Source: Eledone cirrhosa (taxonomy: Eukaryota). Taken from it: a DNA stretch of 64,000 nt. Location of the stretch: positions 88,102,001 through 88,166,000 of the forward strand of contig OZ024747.1 of the NCBI GenBank assembly GCA_964016885.1. Reading direction: 5' to 3'. Position numbers and translations under genes: made by a program. The notes below the pieces were generated by a model, which was not told where the DNA came from, ran no database searches, and saw nothing but the letters and a program-made list of their open reading frames with translations. Below are positions 12,031 to 24,588 of the stretch, piece after piece (position 1 is the stretch's first letter; each line of letters begins with the position of its first letter).

Positions 12031-14699
12031 GAATACTGGCATTGTTGTTTCTATGTACAGTTTTATTTGCTTGCATGATGTATTGTGTATATTCATCAGA
12101 CTACAACTGCCAATCTCTTTTGATTTCATGTCATATCGACTATGAAACCCAACATCATAATAACCTAGCTAAATAATTTATCTTAAATTTTCTTTGCTCT
12201 ACCTCTCTACCTCTACCATGCGTACCCACTACTACCAGTTCATAGCACTTTTCCACTTAGCAGGTATATATCAATCATTATCTGCATTACTTGTCCATAC
12301 CAGCTTAGCTGTCTGTCTAGATTACAGTTCACATAAATTATTGAACATGTTAATTCATCTGAATGTGAAAATGTGAAAAGTATCTTCATGATGAATTTGT
12401 AGGAATATGCTGAACTTCGAACCTTTTCTTCTATAATAGAAACACACACACATGTGCTCACATACACACACACACACGTGCTCTCACACACACATCTGCA
12501 CACACACACACACCTCTATTCTATGTGTAAGTGTACTTTCAAACATTAACTGAATGAACACTCAGTACATATGAGCAGAGCATAGTATTCATTTTGGGGA
12601 GAAACAGGTGGCAGAGACTTTGAAGTTTGAACATTGATACCTCTTTCCACACAAACATATATATATATTTCATCTCTCTATCTAGCTAGCTGTATGTATG
12701 TATTGCAAAAGCCTAGATTTTCTCACTGCTACTTAGTATAAATGTCAAATCCTTTAGTCTTCTGTTTATTTTTGGCCATCAGTTTAAAATATTGCCTAAC
12801 AAAACCTCTGACTATTGATTAATAGCATAACTTAATAATCCTCTTAGCTTTTTCTGTCCAATGACATTTTCTAGTACTATATTGTGGGATTTACATAATC
12901 ACCAGAAGTATTGTTCTTAGAAACTTTAGTCATTAATGAACATAGCTACGCTAGTTTGATTATTTAATCTGTTACATTGAAGAACAAATCATTGCATTTG
13001 GATTTTCTATATATCTGTATCTATATATTTGTTTAAAGGTAAGATCAGATTGCTTATGGCACTGATTTTGTTTTCGATTTCAACTCTGTTATATTTTTAA
13101 AACGTGGCTTTAAAATATTCTTGTAATATATAAATTTATGTCATTTCTTTATAATTTTTTAAATTATTTATTTAGGGTAAAGTGTCTATTTAAAAGCAAT
13201 TGAAATTGAATAATTTAACACTTATGTCATCTCACTTTGTGTATAAACACTCCTGCTGCTTATAATCCTGCACTTTAAGCACATTTGAGAATTCTTTTGT
13301 TAATGTTATTAAATGTTTTAGTTCTACGTGTACTAGAAATAGGGACAAATGGAATCTATCTGTTTGCTTCGAAATAAAGAAAATAGTCATTACCTACTTT
13401 TGTAAAGTACAATGACCTCAGGCTATATTACTGCTTCTGTGATCATTATCATATTACATCTAACAATTGTCTTCAAGAAGAAAGCTAATTAATGTATACA
13501 TAATTGAACTATGAAATTAAGATTATTTTTTCTTAACCAGGGAGGTAATTTTACACACACACACACTTACAAACATATATGTGTGTTTAATTTAACACAC
13601 AATTGTTCTTTCTAATTATTGGTGTAGCCATATAATTATTTTCTGGAAATTGTTCAGAAATGTTAATATGCTGTAAGTGTTTTATGTACAAGTGTGCTAT
13701 AGAATGTTTAAACATTAATTGAATGAGCATTCAATTTACAATGAAACATGTACACAATAGCTGGTTTTTGTAACTGACAAGATCCTTAAATTATTTTATA
13801 TTATTTGAATAGCAAAAACCTTTGCTATTTGTCTTGATTTTTTTTCCACTCTTCTCTAATTCAGAATTTTAATTTTGTAGAAAGTTGTCATGTTTAATTC
13901 CTAACATCCCATAATGATTTAATGGAGAATATCTAAAAATGGGTTTGTTAATTCAAATGTTAATATATTTATACTGTTTGACGAATCGGTGTGAAAATTT
14001 GAAGTATTAGAGTAAAGACTTTAATTTTTAATATGATGTAGTCATAGTGTTTCTTTTTACTTTTCAAGAATGTTAAGACATTTTTGGTCTAATGTGGTTT
14101 TATGTAATACAGAATGTTAATATTCAAACATTTTTTGTCTTATACTCATTGTTCCCATTTCATATTGATATGATATGCATTTAATATTATAACTCTTCAC
14201 AATACTACTTTAGTTTTTCACTATCATACTTTTTATGAAGTAATTAATTTAATTTAGTTTTATTAACTCATCTATGACTAAATTAAGTTGAAATTTTAAG
14301 ATTAACTTTCTTAATCAGTTTACAGCTGTTAATAGTTTAATTTTCAGTTTTATCAAATCATTGCTGTTTTGACATATCGATTAAAAGGGGGGTTATTTCT
14401 AATCTTTAGATTAAACAGAACATTTTTTTTCTTTTTTTTTACTAAAATTGGATATTAAAATTTAAAGTTTAAAATTTATACTTATCTAAATAGTTCAGTC
14501 TTATCGATTCTGTTTTATTTAACTTTAAGCATTTTGCTTTCAAATGAAGAAAATACTTAGAGAAAATTGTTGATAAATAGTTATAGTCTCCTAATTTTTT
14601 TTTAATATGTGACATCAAATATATTTATTTACATATAACTGCAATTTATATAGTGAATATGAAATGACAAATCAATAGAAATTAATCAAAGAGAAGGCA

Positions 14700-14940
14700 T
14701 GCACACTCAATTACACACTTTGAGAGAGAGAATGCTGGTGTTTCCCTCTAAAAATCTTTAAGGCAAGCCAGCACACACAGGTTTGCCACAGATGATAGTG
14801 AGGCTAAGGTACTGGAATAGCTAAGCACCCTCACAATTACTCTCTGATACTTCAATAAAGCAAGTCTCTAACAAGAACTGCATTGTCAGCGGCCCAGTTC
14901 CCCCAAACATCTTGAATGTTACAGACTAAGAAATATAAAA
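14700..14940 (+). repeat. Unclassified interspersed repeat (second copy at 17170-17427)
   Basis: AGGCAAGCCA...TTGCCACnGATGATnGnGAGGCTAAGGnACTG...CCTCACA is shared by the two loci. Confidence 0.7.
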
Positions 14941-15503
14941 ACAAAATTGAAATTTGATTTTTTGTTCAACAGTTAAATCGAGAAGCAGAGAGGTATACAG
15001 TTTTGATGAAGGGACCCAATCACCTGTTGGCTGTTCCTTGATGCCAACAAAGCGTACTGAGGCCGTTTGCTTGCAGATGAATCGAATATTATTATTATTA
15101 GTCAATATAACCCATATTTACATTGAGAGATATAGTTTACCATGGTATTTCAGAAGCTTACTCTGTTTAGCTATATAAGTAATATATTTGAGGATTTTCA
15201 TCATTTTGTCTTTTTAAATATTCACTTTTATTTCATTACCAGATGTATCTTATAATAGATTTGACAATTTTAACTTCATATTTAAAATTATAAAACAATA
15301 TTTTAGATTCTGACTTGAAATAAAAGTACCATGCACGATCTGTTCTATTCTTAAATTATGTGAAATTTAATTGAGTTAAGGAATCATAAATAAATCAATA
15401 TTTGAATACATCTTTTAAAAGGTATATAGAAAAAAATTAAGAAATGTTACAAGGGTGTTTAAAATTAGGATCATTACCACATGTTAAAAAGGTTCCTATT
15501 TAA

Positions 15504-15724
15504 CCCTTCAGCATTTAAACCGGCTGTATCCGGCCAGAATTATTTCACCTCTTTCTGTTTAAACCAGCTGTAACCTGCCACTCATACTGATGTTAAGGTA
15601 TTGTTCTCAAAATAAATAATGTCAAAATCTCATAGATTTGATATTATGTGAGATAATTATGTGAGGTAAAGCCTTTACCACAAAAATATAATAGTAAATA
15701 TAGTATAATGTAAATGCTAAAGGG
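15504..15724 (+). mobile_element. MITE family 1, complete
   Basis: TTAA at 15500-15503 and 15725-15728; both TIRs present. Confidence 0.92.
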
Positions 15725-16041
15725 TTAAATTAAAACTTCTCAAAGTAATTTTGTTTAGACACCTTTTGTTATGTTACAAATATTATCTTAATTAAATAAT
15801 TAATAATTTTGGTAAATCTCTCCAAATTTCTTCATTAATTAATTGAAATGCAGTATGTCATTAGAAATATGATAATGAAAGGCTGATAAGAATTAAAATT
15901 CTGTAAGATTCTACAGTTGTGTAATTGTATAGATTTTTCTAATTTAGTTAATGTACTGTTAAACATGAAGCTATCAATTTTTTTGTTATCTACATTATGT
16001 AGATTTGTGACGTGAACTGTTGAAATGCTCAGCTCAGTATC

Positions 16042-16128
16042 ATGGATTTCTTGGAGTACAGCAGTCCCCTGACATTGGAGTCTTTGACAGGGAATACTGC
16101 AGATTTCCTGTCATCAGTATTCCACGCT
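16042..16128 (+). CDS. Candidate first coding exon of an unidentified host gene (MDFLEYSSPLTLESLTGNTADFLSSVFHA)
   Basis: Unique GC-richer island in AT-rich DNA; acceptor ...TATGTAG| at 16002; ATCATGG start; 29 codons; phase-0 donor GTATGT at 16129. Confidence 0.45.
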
Positions 16129-16407
16129 GTATGTATTATATGCACTTTAGTAATAAATTGAATATGTAGTAAATATGATATATTGTGTGAATCCAGTTTA
16201 GAATAGGAACACCAAATATCTGCACCATATCTCTGCAGAGGTAACTAGAAGAGTTAACACCAAGAGAAGCATTCAGATGTAAAACATTGCTTCAAAAAAG
16301 GACCACATGATGAGTGGAAAACCTATCATAAGATTAATCTCTTCTTTAGCATGGAAAATGGTCTTAAGACACTTGTTTTTGTAATAAATATGATATATAG
16401 CCACAGA

Positions 16408-16503
16408 AATTTAAATTTTAAAAAGTATATTATAGAGAGAAAAAAACACAAAAGAAAAAGATTCTTTTTTTGTCTCTAAAATATACTTTTTAAAATTTAA
16501 ATT
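16408..16503. repeat. Near-perfect AT-rich inverted repeat (arms about 39 bp)
   Basis: AATTTAAATTTTAAAAAGTATATTATAGAGAGAAAAAAA is mirrored by TTTTTTTGTCTCTAAAATATACTTTTTAAAATTTAAATT with 2 mismatches. Confidence 0.9.
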
Positions 16504-16574
16504 ATTTTCAATAACATTTATTCATCGAAAGCTTGTTTCCAATTTGTTTTCGTAAATCATGTCAATGTTACTAC

Positions 16575-16770
16575 TCACAGCTTTATGGGTTTAGCTGGCC
16601 TCCTATGAGGTTGTATCTCATAGGAGGTTTCTCAGATATTTTAATTATAGGTTTCCCAGTCCTACTGTGAAAAGCAGTGCTAAATTAAATGTCTTGCTCA
16701 AGAACACAACATGCCACCCAGCCCAGGAATTGAACCCGTATACAACAGTCCAGCCACTCGGCCTTGCAAC
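16575..16770 (-). mobile_element. SINE family B variant (second copy at 51490-51710)
   Basis: GTTTAGCTGGCCTCCTATGAGG...TAGGAGGTTTCT and GCTCAAGAACACAACAT occur in both copies. Confidence 0.7.
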
Positions 16771-17424
16771 TTTTGTAAAATCATATCTGTTTTGAGTTAA
16801 GAAGTGAAATCACTAAAGAGACTAGTACACTTTGTAGAGGCTAATACTTTTTATTTGTTTGTGCCAGAGTTTCTACTGCCCCAATTAAAAATCCAGTATT
16901 AATCGCATCCAACTGATTTAGTATGCTCTCTCTAAGTGCTTAAAAAAGTAGGGCACCATGTCTAGAGTCAAATGAACTAAACTATATTTGTGATAACTAG
17001 ACTACATCAAAATCTAATACACTCATATCAAATACAATCTTTTTATTCACAGTTGTATAAAAATATGATATAATGCTTACAGAAGAAAAATACAGACACA
17101 TATAATATATACAAATATAAATGCATAAAAGAGAGATAAAATAAAACATTAAAAAAAAGAAAAAATGGGGTGGTGGTGCAATTCACCATCAAGTGCGACA
17201 ATTGGCCGCACATCATATCATAAAGGATAACTAAACACTTTGAGGCAAGCCAATACGCTTGCAGCATTGCCACGGATGATGGCGAGGCTAAGGCACTGAA
17301 ACAACCAGGCATCCTCACAGATATCACCTGACACCTTAGTAAGGCGAGCTGCCAGTAATGACAAAAACTTCACTATCAGCAGCCGAACTCCACCAAAAGT
17401 TGAGTGCCACAGGCTGGAAAAAAT

Positions 17425-17645
17425 AATTGCTGGTTAAATCCTGGTATTTCCGAATTTTATTCTGTTTGGCAACAGAAGCAATGACCTCCATGTTTACTGC
17501 AGCGTCCATGATGTGGGAGGGGGAAAAAGAGTCACTGACTATGGCATCCCAAATTAGATACCTACCTCTTACAAAGGGACAAAGGGTAAGGCCGTCTGAT
17601 CTCTTCCCATCACTTCTGGATAAATCAGTGGGCTCCAGAACTAAT
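17425..17645 (-). pseudogene. CRE-type non-LTR retrotransposon, restriction-like endonuclease fragment
   Basis: Minus frame reads LEPTDLSRSDGKRSDGLTLCPFVRGRYLIWDAIVSDSFSPS...KIRKYQDL, matching EPxxLxRxDGKRPDGxT...WD...KxxKY. Confidence 0.8.
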
Positions 17646-19204
17646 ACTGTTTAAATATCAGTTCACATTGTAAACATTTTTACATATACTCTCATTTGTT
17701 TAGTTTTCTAAAAGTAATTAGATTAGGCTAGGAATTCTGTCAAGTTATACCTGGATATATTTTTTATCTTCAGTATTTATTGCTAAATTATTGAAATGTA
17801 TTTAAATGCTATAATTTCCCATAGCTTCTCTCTGACATTGCTCTCTACTACAAAACAAATCAGTATAAAAATGGATATAAGTTATCACCATTGACATTTT
17901 ACTTCTGCTTACATCTGCTTTTCTATACTGGCATAGGTTGGATAAGAGTTTTTGAGGCAGTTTTCTATGGTCAACTGCTCTTCCTGACACCAATCGTTTT
18001 TTTTTTTTTTTAAATAAGATACTTAACTTCAGCAGAACATATTGCTTATGTAACTTATATGAGACATAAACAAACATCATTACCTGTGTAAGCAGTATCA
18101 AATGTAAAGACACACATGTACACATAAAATATATAGGTTGGTGATATAGACAATGGGCTTCTACACAGTTTCCATCAACAGAATTCACTCAACAGGCATT
18201 GGTCAGCCTGAGGTGATTATAAAAGTCATTTGCGTAAGGTGCCATACAATGGGATTGAACTTGAAATCATATGGTTGTGAAGCAGGCTTTTTAACCACAC
18301 ATCCATGCCTGCATCTATCATGTTTAACCTTGAGATAGATTTTTTTAAAGAATAACTTTAATAATTTTCTGAAGCGAACTAAATGATAAAAAAGTTTGAA
18401 ATAGAGCTGATGTAAAGTAAGACTAACCTATGTTTTTTAATTACATAAAGATATGAAATCAGCTGTAAATATAAAATTGTCAATAGGCATAACAATTTAT
18501 TTTACCTGTTTCACTCTCAAGTAAAATTCATTTCAACATAGAACTGTTGTGTTAGAAAGAATATCATTTTTAATAAGAAACTATTTATTCAGAATAAAAG
18601 ATGAGAAAAGATATATAGAAATAATAATTATTTGAAATGATCTCCTTATTGCGCAGCTATCATTTTAATTCATTGATGGATTGCATTGATACGTATTGAT
18701 TTTCTTGTATCCATTATTATTGCTAAAATTATCAGGATATTTGATAAGCAGACAAGTATTGGTGAAAACTAATGGAAAATAGGTTTTATTTTTAATCCTT
18801 ACTATTGAATTCTGAATACACACAGTAAATGTAAACACAAATAAAGAAACACACATAGACACTTTTAATGGTTTCAGCCATTAGACTGTAGCCATGCTGG
18901 AGCACCACCTTAAAGGAGTATTGTTTTTTTTAGTTGATAATGTTGTATTTTTCAAGCTTGGTACTTATTTTATCAATCTCTAATTTGTTGAACTGCTAAG
19001 TTATGGGACATAAACACTGACAGAGACATAAACACAGATATGGATGTACACACATGTAATGAGCTTCTGCACTTTACGTTGACTAACTATCCATTGGTCA
19101 ACTTGACATTATATTAGAAGACATTTGTTCCAAAGTATCATGCAGTGTGACTAATTCAGAATGATGAGTTTGTGAAGCGATCTCCTTAACTACACAGCCA
19201 TGCT

Positions 19205-19244
<40 letters not shown>

Positions 19245-19472
19245 TACAAGTAATCAAAGTGTGTATGCATTTTTGGGGACATCCTGTATTTATAGTTCAC
19301 CAATGTGTTCTGGCAGTTCCATTAGCCTCATTGACAGCATATTACTATCAACTTTTCCTAGGAATCACATTACTGAAGTGAAAAGATTTCTGACAAAAAG
19401 AAAATTCTCTGGTACATATTTAAAAAAACAAACTAGAAAGAAGTGTATACATGAATGTGTGTGTTTATATAT

Positions 19473-19662
19473 ATATGAAAAGATTCAGGACCCTGACGGC
19501 TGAGCTCTGGCCATTTCAACAGTTAGATCCGATCTAGCTGTTGAAACGGCCGGAGCTCAGCCGTCAGGGTCCTCAATCTTTTCATATTACCCACTCTACT
19601 ACCCCAAGTATCAAGTACTCTAGTGGGTTAAGGTCTACCTGGTTTTTACCACACCCTATCTG

Positions 19663-19665
<3 letters not shown>
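19473..19665. mobile_element. Fold-back element between TA runs, probably Penelope-like
   Basis: 57-bp arms (19473-19529 and 19531-19587) with 4 mismatches and a 1-nt spacer; tail ACTCTACTACCCCAAGTATCAAGTACTC shared with 37088-37116. Confidence 0.75.
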
Positions 19666-19702
<37 letters not shown>

Positions 19703-20067
19703 ATATTCACATACATGCAATATATTCTTAGAATTTATAGTATTTTCCATTTATCTCATACTCCATTTGCTATTTTATATCCATATTTTATCATATATAT
19801 TTCAAATATATAAAATATTGCAAATATTTTGTTTTGTTTTACTCCTCACCTCTTCAAGAATAGTGAAATTATCTAATAAATATGATTAATTTAATTTCTC
19901 TAATTTAGTTATTACCATAGCAACCAGTTCATGCATTGTGTTATGTTACCACATTAGGAGAGCATATTCTTTATGATTCAGTGACATTAACTGCTGCTGT
20001 TAGCACGTAAGAATCTATTTGTGAAGCTATCTGTTAATATGTTTCACTAATATTATATTTAAAAACA

Positions 20068-20252
20068 TGGCGGTGGATTGGCAGTATCGGTAGAGGGTCG
20101 GACGCCATGCTTTCCAGCATAGTTACGTCCCTTTACGATCTGGGTTCAAATCCCACCGAGGTTGACTTTGCCTTTCATCCTTACGGGGTCGATAAAATAA
20201 AGTACCAGTAATGAACTGGGTAATTGCTGGCCTTGTGCCTAAAGTAGAAACA
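20068..20252 (+). mobile_element. SINE family A, young short variant
   Basis: 16-bp TSD ATTATATTTAAAAACA at 20052-20067 and 20253-20268; CpGs retained. Confidence 0.93.
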
Positions 20253-20549
20253 ATTATATTTAAAAACAAATGGGGTTTATTGTTTGTATGATTTGATAAA
20301 TTAAGACATGTTCATTTATGAAGAATTTTTATAAACTCATTTTAAAATTTACTTAACAGAATATAAGATATTTTTGTAGTTGGAATATTTCAGTTTAAGG
20401 CATTCTCTTTATTATTACTTACTATCTATTTTCCTATTAACCCTTTCATTACTCTATTTATATTGAAAGTCACTGCCTATTATTTTCAGATCATTTTGAA
20501 AATAATCAAGAATTAGGAGTAATTTATTAATATACTATTTCATTATTAA

Positions 20550-20737
20550 CCCAGAATTCTCTCACCTCTTTCTGTTCAAACCAGCTGTAACTGGCCACTC
20601 ATATTGACGTTAAGGTATTGTTCTCAAAATAAATAACATCAAAATCTCGTACATTCAATATTATGTGAGATAATTATGTAAAATAAAGCCTTTACCACAA
20701 AAAATACAATCGTATATATAATGTAAATGCTAAAGGG
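20550..20737 (+). mobile_element. MITE family 1 nested at a TTAA inside a family 2 MITE
   Basis: TTAA at 20546-20549 and 20738-20741; small deletion after the left CCC; host sequence resumes GCTGATATTTGGAGC. Confidence 0.85.
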
Positions 20738-22179
20738 TTAAGCTGATATTTGGAGCATTACCTGAAGGTTCTTACATAAAATTATGGTGCAAGGATTTTA
20801 GATACATATAATCACTCTAAAATTAACTGCTTTTTATCATCAAGCCAAAAGCAGTTTCAGGCAGTTTGGTGTCAAAAAGGTTATGTTTATTTTATGAGAT
20901 AGTATTAGAATGCTATACAGCAAAGATCGTTGTAAAGTCGATATTGTTTTAAAATAAAATGCCATCGATTGATGTAAAATTTTGAATAAAATATATAATC
21001 ATTTGAAATAAAAAAAAAATTAATTATAAATTATAAATAGGAAACAAAAAGATTTTGGTTTTGCGTTTGAATTTTGTACCAGTATGTACAGGCAGTTCTT
21101 TTCGTTTTATTCATAAATTCTAATGAGTTATCATTTAATTTTTTAATGAATCTTATCTCAAAATTTAACATTAGTTCTTTTGAGAGTTGCATTTCACTGC
21201 AAGTGACCTTTAAACTATACATTGTGCTTTATTAGATAAATAACTACACTTTATGAATTTGAATCTTGCCAGAGTCAATTATGCCTTATGGTGTTCATAA
21301 ATATCATCATTATCATTTTGTGCCCGTTTTCCATGCTGGAATGGGATGGATGGGTCATCATAATCTGAGACTAGATAAGTCAGATAAACGACATGTCACT
21401 CATACATTCCAGTTTTGGCATGGTTTCCACAACTGGATTCCCTTCTTAATGCCAACCACTTTACTAAGTGTACTGGGTGCATTTTACCATGGTACCAGCA
21501 CTAGAGAGATTGTCATGGGCTTGGCAAGACCAAAGAGTTTTCTCTATCTTATATTGTCTCCATTTCATTGCTACTTTACAAAGTGTACAGTGTGCAGTTT
21601 ATTGTGGCAACAACTAGAGAAGTTGTCATGTCCTTGATAAAACCGAAGTGTCCCCTCTACCCTATATTGTCTCAGTACATTTGTCAACCACTTTATAGGG
21701 GAATTGAAAAATAAGCATCAATAGCATACTAGAGATAAGTTAAACATCTCAGTTTCATGATACTCACAAAATATATTTTGTGCTTAGGATAGAACTCAGT
21801 CATCATTTGATTAGAAACTGTGCAACCAACAGAGAATTGGATTATATGTTTTATGGTATCATCATTTTTTATGTTTGATTTTCCATGCTGGCATGGTTTG
21901 GGCAGTATTTTATGGCTATTAGGCTTTCCTGATGCCAACTCTTGTCTTTTCTTAAGTCAAACTGTCGAGCTGAGGGATATATTTTTTATATGCAATATAA
22001 ACAAACAGCACTACCTGGCAAAAATGTGAAGCAAAGATAGATATGTAAACATATGCACACTCACTTGTATAGGATGGTCTTCCTTACAATTTCCACCTCT
22101 CAATTGTATTCATAAAGCATTGGTCAGTCTGAGGCTATAATGAAAGACATTTGCTCAAGTTGACAAACAGTGACATAGA

Positions 22180-22995
22180 AAATAAGCGATAAACTCAATG
22201 CCTTTTGCATCCCTAAAACTGAGGCCATCACCTTCCCTGCAAAGGAAATAACCTTGGCCTTTGGAGCAGGTGAGGAGGAGTGTTGACATGGTATGGATTG
22301 TCTGTTTGTCTCTGGCTCAAAGTGATGAACTCAACACTTATCCTGGGACAAAGAAACCAACTGGATTTGCCTCAAACAATGTCAGATTTTCCTGTGATAT
22401 TATCAGCTTGGTGTGCTTTTGATCAGGGGTCAAGAGTCAGAAGACATGGAACCCACCAAACATAAACTGTCACTATGCCAAATTTATTGTGCAAAATATT
22501 CTTAACTCTCTCATGAGATATGCTAATAGCATTTGTTATTTGATTTATAGTCAATCACCTGTCACCCATCACCATGTGGTGAACATTATCAATGTTTTCT
22601 TTGGTGGTAGCAGTTGCAAGACATCCAGACTTTGGGTCATTTTCAAGAATCCCACCCCCTGAATTCAGCTGTCTACTTTTGCACTATTGATAAAGCTGGA
22701 GTGTGATCCACTCCCTAATGTAGCTAATGTAGCAATCATGTCAGCATGAATGTCCTTGGGAGTGAAACCCTTTTTCTTCAGTTATTTGATAACACCACGA
22801 TGCCAAATTTTGTCCATTTCCAAGAGAAGTCACTACTAGTTACATTTGAAGTTTTCTTTGAACAGTCAGATATCAGTTTACCTGGAAAGAAACAATGCAG
22901 TTATTAATAAGAAGAGTTGAAATTAATATATGCAAGATTTTGCAACTCTAGCATCATTCCTTCATAGTCAGCATATGAACTTTTCAGCCCACCCT

Positions 22996-22997
<2 letters not shown>
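22180..22997 (-). mobile_element. mariner relic, 3'-truncated
   Basis: TIR-like end CAAGGGTGGGCTGAAAAGTTC; translation MDKIWHRGVIK*LKKKGFTPKDIHADMIATL; WVP motif (TGGGTTCCA) further downstream. Confidence 0.8.
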
Positions 22998-23029
<32 letters not shown>

Positions 23030-23377
23030 GGGTCTTCTATATATATATATATATATATAGGGTCTTCTAAATCCTTTAAATAATTTTTGTTAAATAATTT
23101 TTGGTTTTTTATTTGCTTTTTGATTCTGATTGCTTCTAAAGAACTTTGCAATATATTGTCTGAAAAATTGGAAGGATAGATTTCTGTGGTAAATATATGA
23201 AGCATACTGTTTTAACGTTTTGATATTTCTGTGCTGATATATTGATATCTGGTTACCTCTATACAAAGGCCATATGTATTAAAATGCATATGGAAAGATT
23301 ACAGAGTCTATTTTATCTGTTCATATGCCTGTATGTGTGCATAGAGATGCTGGAATACTCACGCAGATATCTTATAT

Positions 23378-23416
<39 letters not shown>

Positions 23417-23689
23417 GGTATAGTTCTGTATATGTTACAGATATGCATAATATTATATACATGAACGATAATCATGTGTGAGGGCATGAATATTATTCGT
23501 TTACTCTTTATGTATATATATATAGTGAAATTCTTTATAACACAAGGAAATGTTTTTATGACACAAGAAATTATAGAGTTGATCACGTAAAGTCATGTGT
23601 ATGTCTATATTATCGATTAGAGCTTGACATAACTTTCTCTTTTTCTTTTTTCAGAAAGTGCATATGCGTATATATATATATACTTATAT

Positions 23690-24528
23690 ATCTCCGTATT
23701 TTTATAAATAGGGTAATTTTTTGAAGATTTATCTCAGATTTTGGTACATTGACCTCAGAGTTTTAAACTAAACATATGGTCATTATTGAGCAAAATTATT
23801 TTCTCACATTATATATCTATGTCTCATTCATGAATATTGATATTTACATTATATTACCCAGTTCATATGAATTGATAATTCAAATTGATAGGACATGACG
23901 TAAAGATGTAACTGTATCATCCCTCTCTCTAGATATAGCTCTTTCTTCTTCTCTCTCTTTATATATGATGAAGTTTTCTCTCTTGGTTTTCACCTCCCCC
24001 TATATAATTATTATTATTTTTTCTCCCTCTTTCTTTTCCTCCCACCTCTCTCTCTCTCTCTGTTTTCTCTTCATCTCCATTTTTTTTTCTCTCCGTCTCT
24101 TCTCTAACTGTGCTTAACACTATAACTAAATAATTACTGTACTCCTTCTCTCTTAAATCTCTCTATTTGTATGGTGAATTATTATTATTCAGCTGTTGCC
24201 TTCGGTTGCCTCTCTTTTTTCACCTCCTCCTTCTTTCTCTCTCCCCTATTTCTCTCTATTTCTCTCTGTTTTTCTTTACATACATTTCTTCTTTCTCTCC
24301 GTCTTTCTTTTTAACTGTGCTTAACACTATAACTAAATATTTATAAACACTTCACTACCAAGCCAGCTTCCTACCTTAATGGTCGCTTATATTTATGGTA
24401 CGTCAAAATTATTTATATATTGTATTTTATCTGACGAAGGCATGCCATATTTTTAATATGGTATCCCTGAAATATGTATAATGAAATAAATATGGTTTTA
24501 TCAATATAGTTTCCATTTGTTTAATATC
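23690..24528 (+). mobile_element. Non-coding element between TA runs ending in a hammerhead motif; Penelope-like derivative
   Basis: Pyrimidine-rich internal direct repeat (TAACTGTGCTTAACACTATAACTAAATA at 24105 and 24312); hammerhead motif about 40 nt before the (TA)n. Confidence 0.55.
24423..24488 (+). ncRNA. Minimal type I hammerhead ribozyme motif
   Basis: Stem I TATTTTAT/ATGAAATA; CTGACGA at 24431-24437; stem II AGGCATGCCATATT/AATATGGTATCCCT (13 of 14 paired); GAAA at 24469-24472; TATGTA; TA cleavage site at 24479-24480. Confidence 0.75.

Positions 24529-24584
<56 letters not shown>

Positions 24585-24588
<4 letters not shown>

Noticed and set aside
14973-15041. Acceptor followed by LNREAERYTVLMKGPNHLLAVP*
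   Set aside because: Two frames are open, there is no convincing donor and no recognisable homology; a UTR or terminal exon cannot be excluded but is not supportable.
20068-20160. tRNA-like sequence with A and B boxes
   Set aside because: It is a SINE head: no closed cloverleaf, continues into a repeated body and is bounded by a TSD.
23000-23068. (TA)n-GGGTCTTC repeated twice
   Set aside because: Simple slippage duplication; not a CRISPR-like array. No regularly spaced repeat-spacer array was seen anywhere in the window.
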